Positions 1-10,132 of a stretch of DNA of 64,000 nt are shown in pieces. The notes under the pieces are model-generated. The model made no database searches, was not told where the DNA came from, and was given only the letters and a program-made list of their open reading frames with translations. Position 1 is the first letter of the stretch, and each line of letters starts with the position of its first letter. The DNA is from Eledone cirrhosa (taxonomy: Eukaryota), in assembly GCA_964016885.1 (NCBI GenBank), contig OZ024742.1, forward strand, positions 31,000,001 to 31,064,000. The letters run 5' to 3'. Position numbers and translations under genes: made by a program.

Positions 1-389
1 CAAATATATAAGAAGCCTAGACCAAATATTTATTAAAATAACAGATTAAAGTTCAAGCAAAGAATCGTTACTTTCACCCTTAACGGGATCTTCTGAAACT
101 AAAAAAATCAATCTATGAATGCAGAAGTAAATATTTCGAAAAACGTTGCAACCGAAGGAAAACAGGAAGACGATACTTTGGTTCGTCAAGACGTTCCCTG
201 GCAATGAATGGAAAAAGCGAAGATAATACGTCATTATGTGGAGCGTAAAGACAAAACCACGTTAATGGTATAAATGAAGTCGTAGACTAATTCTATTTAG
301 GAAACCGAATGATTCTCAGCTTCAGAGTTAAGAATAATGTAAGCAAACAGTAGAACGAAAATGACAGAGGTTATTGAAATCAACAATAA

Positions 390-1030
<641 letters not shown>

Positions 1031-1200
1031 AATACAAGCAAATATACGTAAGAGAAAACATACGGGTAAGGTATACTTACCTATACAAATAAGTAATGGT
1101 ATAAACATAAAATATACTTAGCTACCACATCATGACGTAAATTATCCGCGTATTGTTCGTACTATCCGTTAGGGTATAGTGTGGGGCTGTAATACAGGAA

Positions 1201-1640
1201 AGTTTTATGCAATTTATGTTTACAAGACGAAATTGCCTCAGATTTTTTGTTTAAGATGTGGTCATTGGCCTAGAGTATTTCCAGGGTTTCAGCGGCAGAA
1301 AGATCGCATGGTCTTTTATTTCCGTTATACGATCTAGCTTTAGCTAGGATCTCCCAGTGTAACCTATATTGGATGTGGTTGTCTTTTAGACTCCAGATAT
1401 AAGCTGAAAGTGACGTCATATTCCTTCTTAAAGGGTTAAGAAAAGAATGGGTGTGCATGTAAAAACCCTGCTGGAATCTATTGGCGGTTAACCCTATGTA
1501 GACCCTACGGGACGTGGGTGTTTCGACCTTACAATTGTAGACAATGTTACTGGAGAGGCATTTCCCGGATAGAGGACAGTCAACCCGATACCTACAATTA
1601 CAGTTAGTACTATCTACAGGGTTGCACGTGTTTCTAGGTA
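1201..1640 (-). mobile_element. Penelope-like element 3' fragment (GIY-YIG endonuclease, Naiad-like), disrupted
   Basis: The ORF at 1270-1704 reads CNCRYRVDCPLSGKCL..NIVY..VYIGLT..HTHSF..TSLSAYIWSLK..WEIL..CDL..ETLEI. Past the TAG at 1270-1272 the same frame continues ANDHILNKKSEAISSCKH, the typical LN..C.H end. The CxC-x5-C-x5-C linker resembles Naiad-type PLEs. Confidence 0.85.
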
Positions 1641-1858
1641 AAAGAGAAAGCCTTACTGAGAGAAGACGTGGGGTTCCAACAGCATCACACCTGTGAAACC
1701 ACAAGTTGAAGAAGTTTTTACAAACATATAGTCTCTGTAGGGAACATAACCCATGTATTGTTTTACACTAGTGACCGAGATAAATCACACCAAAAAAAAA
1801 GTATGGAAACACATACGGCACAAAAAATATTGAACAAGAGAAAAACACAACTTCACAA

Positions 1859-3554
1859 ATGAATTCCACAAATCAAGCAATTGAGAACTACAAAAACAAC
1901 AACAACAACAACAACAACGACAACAATGAAAACAACAACAACAGCAACAATGATGACAACAACACCAACAGTAGCAACAGTAATGACAACAACACCAACA
2001 AAAACAACTCCACAAACAAGGAAAAAAAGGTTTCGTTTGCACAAACTGTCCCAAACCCAGAACAATATACACAGATTGACATCTCTAATGCCGGAGAATT
2101 GCTAAGAGATGCCAAGCAATATATAACTGTTGGGGAGAATGGCGCTTTTAACATCACTTCTCCCCAAGAATTGCGTCGAGACATTGTCCTGAAAACTGTA
2201 GTTTTTAGGACAATCTCAAATACCACCAGAAAAGCAGCTCAATTAACTACTTAAAACGAAATTGAGCTGGTTCTAAGAAACTCCATGAAGGACATTACCT
2301 TCATACAGAAGGGAAAACTCTTCGGGAGTTTATCAATAATAATGAAAGACCAATTGACGGCACAGAAATATTCTGTGTCGCCAATTGTGTCCCTCTCTAC
2401 ACCTTTTTCCCAACATATATGGGAAAAGGACTAAAAAAATAAAAGTAACAAATATCACACCAAATATAAACATCTGGTGGATATTAGCTGGTTTCATCAA
2501 TTTTGATGAAGATACAGTAATTTCGGTAGGAAAGTCTTCCAGGGGCATATTCAACGGTACAAGCTTAGAAGTTCTGGTCCAAATGAGACCAGAACGGATA
2601 GCTAGAATACCACAACGTGTGCCTCTGGATGGAAATTCCTACATAAACATTTCTGTTGAGGGTAGGCGGCCTTCATGTTACCAGTGTTTAAGCAGTGGTC
2701 ACCTGAGGGCTTCCTGTCCTCAATTAACTGCATTAAAAAAAAGGTACTAGTGCCGACACCCAACACAACAACACAACCACCACCACCACAACAACAACAA
2801 CACACAAAAATATCAAAAACAAACCAAACTGCAAACACAGTCCCACCCAACCCCTCCCCACCTAAAACAACCCCCAAAACACCCACAAGCACAACAGCTC
2901 CCCAAAACATACCCCTCCCCAATCAAACAGACACCACAACGGACGAAGCCCTCTCGTCATCACTCAGTGATGATGCGGGAGAACCCCTCCGCTCCAGAAA
3001 AAAAAAGAAAAAAAGACATAACACGAACAAAAAGGCAACAAACACACAACCACAAACAACACAAACATTACAAACAAAAATACCCCCTCCCGAAAACAAA
3101 ACAATGACAACACTCCAAACACAAATACCCACAACAAAACGAAAACACACACAAGAACAACAGAAAAAACTAACACAACACAACAAAAATATTATACATA
3201 CATAAACACTGAGAATAAAACCTTGTTGGAGGTCATCTCCAAAAACCCTTCCGTGGAAACCGAAGGAAAATATTTTACCAAATGTAAAGACAAACCTAAT
3301 TTAAGGATGGTTAGGGTCCCTACGGACACCTATAAAACTTTGCTGAGGACGAGGGGAATATGTGTATTAAACCAACGAACCTCGTCCTCTTGAAACGTTT
3401 CCCCACCCCACCCCAGACACCCCCACCCTACCAGACACCCCTCACCACGAAACATCTCCGTCCCCACCCCGCCAGGAACCACCACCCTATCAAACAACCC
3501 CCCAACACCCCCACGGACATTGTGCAGCCTGGTCCCCAGGAGACGAAGAGGTGA
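1859..3554 (+). pseudogene. Tx1-like ORF1 (gag-like, zinc knuckle), broken by stops and frameshifts
   Basis: Pieces at 1859-2254, 2385-2750 (CYQCLSSGHLRASC = CX2CX4HX4C), 2675-3205 (Pro/Thr-rich, basic KKKKKR) and 3360-3554. Confidence 0.8.
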
Positions 3555-3594
3555 GTGATTTCTTTTCCCCTTCTTTTAACTTTTCAGCACCAAT

Positions 3595-6500
3595 ATGGCC
3601 AATATAAGAGTTGGATGTGTGAATGTACGCGGCCTGGGTTGCTCTCGAAACAGGGCAAACTCTTAAACGACCTCAGGTCGCACAGTATGGATGTAGTAGC
3701 CATTTGCGAGTCCAGGATCCACAGCGAGCGACAGCTGGCCCCCATCTTCGACGACTTTGAGATCTACGCATCTCTCTGTCAGCCGGGAGGTGGAGGCGGG
3801 GTTGCCGTTTTGCTGCGGAAACACCTGGACCTCGTAACACAGACGATACATCTGGACCCGGAGGGTCGACTGGTGGTCCTAGACGTTGACGGTAGTGAAG
3901 GTGGAGCCTTCAGGCTGGTGGCCGCATATGCCCCATCCGGGACACCGCAGCCAGACTTCTTCAAACGTCTAGAGACTTTTCTGGGAACGTCCCGCTCCTT
4001 GCTTTTAGTGGGGGACTGGAATGGAATCCTAGATGCATGTCCCGATAAAGGGGGTGGAACAGCCTCAAACAGTTAATCGGCCGATTTGACCTGGCCGATA
4101 GATATCGACTAGATTTTCCGACTGTGCCACTGTGGACGTGGACTAATCGTAGCGGAACATCTAGATCGTACCTAGATAGGGTTCTAGTTAGAAATAAAGA
4201 TAGGGACATGTTAAGCTGTTCACAAATGTTCATGGTTGCCTATTCAGATCACAAACTAGTGACCGGCATGGTCAACCTTGATAGAACCCATAGACAAGGA
4301 CCCGGCTACTGGAAGCTAAACTTGTCGTTACCGACATGCAAAGCCTACGGTAGACGGATTAGCACTTTAATTAAACAGCACTGGACAGGGGCCATTGTCA
4401 ATAACAGATGGTGGTACTCTCTCAATAGGGCAGTTAGATTAGACTCGTTAGTTTTTAGTAAAGGATTAGCGTTAAATAGAAATAGGACCGAGAAGGAACT
4501 GATAGATAAAGTAGAAGAGGCAATTAGAAGTGGCAACGTAGCCAGCGTGCTAGCAACGAGAACGGCCTTGGACCAGTTCTTCGACGCAAAGCACGAGGGC
4601 TGCGTTGTCAGAAGCAAAATACGTGCTCTGGGTAACGAGGAGCCAAAGTTGTTAGCTGGGCCCGGGTGACGGAGGCGAAAAGTGGCAACAAGTCCACGAT
4701 TCGGTCTTTGAAGGACCAAGACGGACGCGTGACACGTGAGCCGAAGCAGATGTGCATGGCCTTTCAGCGGCTCTTTGCCCAGCTGTTCGGGCAGGGCGGC
4801 GCGCCGGGAGGGGCTATGGATTTCGGTCCATACCTCGACGGCCTACCGCGACTCTCGGACAGCGAGGCAAAGTTCTGCGAAAAGCCGATTTCAGCCGCTG
4901 AGATAGGGGACGCTCTGAGCCAATGCGGCAAACGCAAATCTCCAGGTCTCGACGGTCTACCCTACGAATTTTACGTAGCAATGCCGGACTTGTTATCCGG
5001 TCTCCTGGAAGCGGTCTACTGCAACTGGCAGCAGAACGGGAGAATTCCCAGTTCTGTGACCAGGGGCGTAGTCACACTAGTCAGGAAGGACGAGAATAAG
5101 GGGGATGACATAGGAAACGTCTGGCCCATAACTCTGCTAAACACAGAGTTACAGATTTTGGCCAAGGTGTTGGCAAAGAGGCTGGCGCTTGTCGTCGCAA
5201 ACCTGGTGGGAGAAGCGCAGACATGCGCAATCTCGACCAGGTCCATACACAACAACCTCCACCTCATGCGATACACCATAGAGAGGGTAGCGTGTAAACC
5301 CGGCTTCGGTGGGGCCCTGATCAACTTGGATCAGTCCAAGGCTTTCGATAGGGTTGACCATCGTTACCTGGATGCGGTGCTCGAGGCGGCAGGCTTCGGA
5401 CCCGTGTTCAGAAGCTGGATTGCTGCAATGCACAACAGCAACATCTGCTCAAGGGTCAAGGTGAACGGCTACCTCTCAGAGCCATTCCATATCACGCGAT
5501 CCATTCGACAGGGATGCCCTCTCTCCTCCCTTGTGTACGTACTGACTCTCGAGCCACTACTGCGGAAGTTGGAGCTATTGCAGGGCATCCCTCTGGAATC
5601 GGGACTGCCGAAAGCGGCATCGGCCTACGCCGACGACGTGACAGTAATGGTGTCGAGCGCCTCGCAAATCGAGGAAGTCGGCACCTTACTGAAGGAATAC
5701 GAAAGTTTCACAGGAGCGAAGTTGAACCGGGACAAGTCCATCGGTTTGCAACTCGGATCGTGGAGAGGCAAACCGATGCTTTCCGATGGCGTCGTCGGAC
5801 GCTGGACTGAAGGACCGGTAAAGCTGCTCGGGGTCTGGTTTGGTCCGGACCTCCAGGTGGAGAAGAACTGGAACGAAGTGACGGCCAAGGTGTTTGCACT
5901 CACCCAGAAGTGGGCCGAGTGCAAACTATCCTTGAAAGGTCGAGCGGAGGTGGCGAACACTTTTATAGCGTCCGCCATCTACTACCGCTTGACCGTCGTG
6001 CCTTGTCCAACCAAAACAATCTCCAAAATGGAGCGCGCGCTCTTCCAATTCCTTTGGAAGAGGCGGGCTCCTTTGGTGAGAAGATCCATCTGCTGCCAAC
6101 ACCCTTCTAACGGAGGGCTGGTGATGCTGTGGTTGACAATGCGCAAACACGCGCTCAGGCTGCGGCATCTCTACGTATTCCTCACCCGACAACCAGTGTG
6201 GGTCCCGTTCGTGAGGCGAGCCTTCCCACGACTCGTCTCGCTGACCGAGCTGCAATCCTGGGTCAAGCAAAGACCGAGGAAAATGGGCGACTGGCACATC
6301 GAATGTGCTCAGTTGCTCACAGCCCTCTGGCAGGCGGACCCGGCGATCAGTGGAGACTCCACTTCGTCATTCTATAGAGGGTTGATCCGCAGCAAGTGCG
6401 ACGACGCGCTCGGGGAAACTCTAGGCGTAGAGGAAGATGAACTGGCCAGTCTGTTCGGGAGGACCTTCCGCCCGGGACCGAAGGACAACTTCCAAAAGTC

Positions 6501-7006
6501 CCTGGCCTGGCAGTGCTACCGAGGAGCTCTACCAGTTCGAGACAAGCTCTACAGACATGGGCGCCCGGGCAGGGACCCTGCAAAAAAGATGTCCGAGGTG
6601 CGTGCGTAACGAAGAAACCGTCGCGCACGCATTCATACACTGCCCGGGCGTCACTGACCTGTGGGGCTATGTAGAACGACTAATGTCGCGGGTGGGACCA
6701 ATCCGGTTGACCACCGAGTCCATTGTCATGATCAAACCGCCACCCTCCTTCAAACACGAAGGAGAGGCGGTTTTCCTTTGTGTGATAGCTATGGCGAAAG
6801 AGGTTGTATGGTGGACAAGGTTGAAAGGGCTGAGGTCAGACACCTTTCTCTCCGGCCAACAACTGATTCTTTTTTTCAAATACCACTTTGGAAGAAGAAT
6901 CAGGATGCAGAGAGAGGTGCTGTACCCCAGCAAGTTTTATGAAAGGTGGGTGAAAGTGGCGAGAATGGCCCGAGTGAATGGGCCTTCTCTCTATATCAGC
7001 CTGTAG
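3595..7006 (+). pseudogene. Tx1-like ORF2 (APE endonuclease + reverse transcriptase), frameshifted
   Basis: The ATG at 3595 gives MANIRVGCVNVRGL. APE motifs: AYAP, VGDWN, YLDRV, SDHK. RT motifs: KSPGLDG, LDQSKAFDRVDH, IRQGCPLS, AYADD. C-terminal CPRC..EETVAHAFIHC. Confidence 0.93.
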
Positions 7007-7260
7007 GTTGAGGAAAAGGGGAGAAGAAAGGAGTACAAACTCTTCGTACTCCTGGAGATGAGGGTTTCACATTTTTTCGGGGGTATGTGTCACCCATATG
7101 AACTGTCTCCCCCTATTGGGGAAAATCGACTAATTTTTTAAATTGCATTTGTGATAACATCTTACACATTTTTATTGTATGTAAACTTCCCCCTTTGTAT
7201 TTGTCCCCTTCTTTTGTGCCCCTGGGGCTAATAAAGAAACATATCTATCTATCTATCTAA

Positions 7261-7540
7261 ACCTGTAGGTTGAAGAAGAGAGCAAAAGAAAGAAAGGAGC
7301 ACTTGCACAGCATGCTCCTGGAGTTGAGCGTTGTTCTATCTACGGGGTATAAAACAACCCATTTGTAACGCCTACCCCCTATTGGGGATTTCGATTGTTG
7401 AATTTGTATGTTAACATTTTTTTACATGATTGTATGTAAAATCCCCGCCTTATGTCTTTGTGTTGTCCCCTTTTCTTGTGTGCCCTTGTGGAAAATAAAG
7501 AAATATATCTACCTATCTATTTATCTATCTATCTATCTAA
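7261..7540 (+). mobile_element. Second, diverged Tx1-family 3' UTR (5'-truncated copy)
   Basis: Aligns by eye with 7000-7258: ctgtaggttga, aaggag..ctcctggag, cccctattgggg, aataaagaaa and the (TATC)n tail. Confidence 0.85.
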
Positions 7541-7545
7541 CTTTT

Positions 7546-7645
7546 CGTTGGCCAAGTGGTACGGTGCGTTGAGTCTGCTGAGATACTGGTCGGGGGTCGA
7601 TCCCGGCCAACGTCTACACATAGGAAATAAAGAAATTTATCTAAC
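7546..7645 (+). mobile_element. Short tRNA-derived SINE with a Tx1-type tail
   Basis: A-box-like TGGCCAAGTGG, B-box-like GGTCGATCCC and pairing ends cgttggc/gccaacg, followed by aataaagaaatttatctaac, which matches the Tx1 tail. Confidence 0.65.
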
Positions 7646-8011
7646 TTTAAATATTTTTTTTTCATTTTAGAGTTATCTCCCCTATATCACTTTTTTTTCT
7701 TTAATTTTGTTCATTTGTTTTTTCTACATTTCCACTAGAGTTTTTGTTATCGTTTAGCCACCTGTAATGCAGATTCACCTGAAGATACTAACAAGCATAG
7801 CTTGCACTTATGCAGGTTTGTTAGCCGATGAAACCTTTGGTTGCAAATAGTGTCTGTCACTCTCTCCTCCCTTTCTTTCTCCCTTTGTCTACTACTCCTT
7901 ACTCTTCCCACTCCCCTTTTCTCTCATTTAGAGTTCTTTCATTTCTCTATCTTTAACCAAATAAAAATCTTGTTTTAAAAAAAAAGCAGCTAAAAAGCCT
8001 GTAGGTAAATC

Positions 8012-8498
8012 TGTGTGTGTGTGGTGCGCGTGGGTATGTATATGTGTGCGCGTGGTGCGTGTGGGCATGTGTGTGTGGTGCGCGTGGGCATGTGTGTGTG
8101 GTGCGCGGGGGTTTATGTGTGTGGTGCGCGGGGGCATGTCTGTGTGTGTGTGTGTGTGTGTGTGTGCGCGTGTGGTGCACTCTCATGTATATGTGTTTAT
8201 ATGGTGCTCGTGCATGTGCATGTGTGTGTATGTGTATCTGCGTGTGTGTATGTCTGTGTGTGTGTCTGTGTGTGTGTTTGTGTGAGCGCCTCTGTATGCA
8301 TGTCTCTGTGTGTATGTGCATGTGTGTGTGTGTGTGTGTGTGTGTGTCTAGGTATGTTTGTTTATTTTAAATGTGATTTTATTTTCGGCGTCATATTACC
8401 TTTCTTTACGTATGTATGTATGTATGTATGTATGTATGTATGTATGTATGTATGTATGTATGTATGTATGTATGTATGTATGGGAGAGATGTATGTAT
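8012..8498. repeat. Degenerate (TG)n/(GTGCGC) and (ATGT)n microsatellites
   Basis: Direct inspection. Confidence 0.9.
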
Positions 8499-8936
8499 GG
8501 GAGAGATGACCCCTTAGCCTTTGTCAAGGCAGAATTCTAGGAGAAGGAAAACTCTGATATAACACCTGCAACCCTGATGGTATCCAATGATGGTATCCAA
8601 TGATGTTGACTTGTTCTTCTTTTTAGTAAATATCATCTTGGTTAAGAGAGTGGGACTGGCTTTGTGCAGTGCCTTTGCTCACTATAAAAGCTTCACGGCA
8701 CAGGCATTGCTTTATATCTGGAGATCTCTCTGCACTTGTCGTCACATGGTACCATGGGCCCAGCACTATGTGTTAATAATTGTCACAAGTGTAGTGTTTG
8801 TACCAGAGTTTTCAAGTCACTGGCTGGACTAAAAAGTCACACTCGTTCAGCGCATCGGTAGGGGTTCTCCTACATGGATATAAAGTAGTGGCCATACTCG
8901 AAAACGAGTTGGCAGCCACCATGTATGTATGTATGT
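8499..8936 (+). mobile_element. Non-autonomous RTE-tailed retroelement (SINE-like), copy 1, 5'-truncated
   Basis: Closely similar to the minus-strand copies at 21350-21925 and 21970-22468. Its 3' end gccatactcgaaaacgagttggcagccacc(atgt)n resembles the RTE LINE end at 15383-15425. Confidence 0.85.
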
Positions 8937-10125
8937 TCTTCTGGTTTTATAATTTCACAAAGTTTTACCAATAGAGAGAGAGTCGGTTTCTAAGATAGAC
9001 ACAAGACTCTCTCATTGGAATTTACACAACATCAACTAGGTAGATATGTATGTATGCATGCATGTGTAGATATGGATGTTATTGTATGTGTGGATGTGGA
9101 TGTTTTGAGTTGTATGTGTGCATGTGTATATGCTTTGTATCTGTACATGTGTATATGCAGTTATTAGATGCAAAATTTTTGGAATGTTTTACATATTTTT
9201 ACTGTTCCATTAATGGATTGTACTTGTAATTTCCTAACTAGTTGTGTTCTTTCTGTTCCAGTGAAGCCTAGCTTATCAAGATTTGTATTGAGGCAGTTAC
9301 TAACATATCCCAGTGCCCCAATAATCACAGGCATAAATCTGAAGGTGTAATAAGGGTGGAGCATCTGCAGATTTCTCATCAGTTCTGCATAAATATTCTC
9401 CTTTTCACTAATCTTTGATATTATATTGGCATCTGCTGGGCAGCTAATTTCCACTACTGTGCATGTTTTCTTCTCCCTGTCTCATATCATAATATCTGGT
9501 CTGTTATGCCTGCATTTTATTGGGGTTTTTACTGGAACATTCCACCAGTACTCTTTCATATTATGTACATGGATGTCTTCCACATTGTTGTAGCTTTTAA
9601 TGTGTTTATTATCGGGGCTATCTTTTCAATGGATTGTATTGTACAGTGTTTTGGCCACTACATCATGCCTCATAGGTAGATAGTACCGCGATGACATCTT
9701 TGGACAGCTGCTGATGACATGGGTGATATCCTCGATGTTAGTTCTGCAGAGTCTGCACTTGTTATCACATCTAGGTGTTTTGCCTGCATCCCTATCTCTT
9801 TTGTGAATCAGGTATTTCGTGCTAATCTCCTGTTCCTGTGGATTGCAAAAGCGTATCCTTCAAAGTGGGAGCCAATATAGCGGTTGTTGGTCCAAGATAG
9901 ACTACTTTCCTTCTCTGTATTACTCTCACTCTGGAGCTTCCGGGCAACATATCCATGCATGATTTTTTGCTGATAGGCATGCAGTTTTTCATCCATGGAT
10001 TCACTACGATACTGCTGAGCGACATCCCTGGGTGTGAGTTTTTGATTATCACACAGGGAATATCTCTCAAGGAGTTCCTTCCCAACTCTCATGATCTTAT
10101 CTGTTTCATGCAGATAGACTTGCTC
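8937..10125 (-). mobile_element. R4/Dong-like LINE 3' part (CCHC + restriction-like endonuclease + 3' UTR)
   Basis: The minus strand gives MHGY, FEGYAFAI, CRLC..HVISSC..RHD, RPDI, EISCP, KENIY, IIGALG. There is a 3' UTR hairpin (ccaatagagagagagtc..gactctctcattgg) and an (ACAT)n tail. Confidence 0.85.
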
Positions 10126-10132
10126 ATACATA

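Larger units (their letters stand above)
1780..7258 (+). mobile_element. Tx1/L1-clade non-LTR retrotransposon, near full length, frameshifted
   Basis: ORF1 has a CCHC knuckle; ORF2 has APE, RT and a C-terminal cysteine motif; the 3' UTR ends in AATAAA plus a (TATC)n tail. The 5' boundary is approximate. Confidence 0.92.

Noticed and set aside
135-200. Minus-strand hammerhead remnant (ttgacga-accaaag..cttcggtt-gcaacgtt)
   Set aside because: Both core boxes are mutated and there is no stem I; it is too degenerate to support.
1201-1280. Selenocysteine recoding in the Naiad-like PLE fragment
   Set aside because: The in-frame stop is TAG rather than TGA, the linker cysteines are normal Cys codons, and no SECIS was recognised.
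7546-7612. Functional tRNA gene
   Set aside because: There is no credible anticodon arm or poly-T terminator, and it ends in a LINE-type tail, so it is treated as a SINE.
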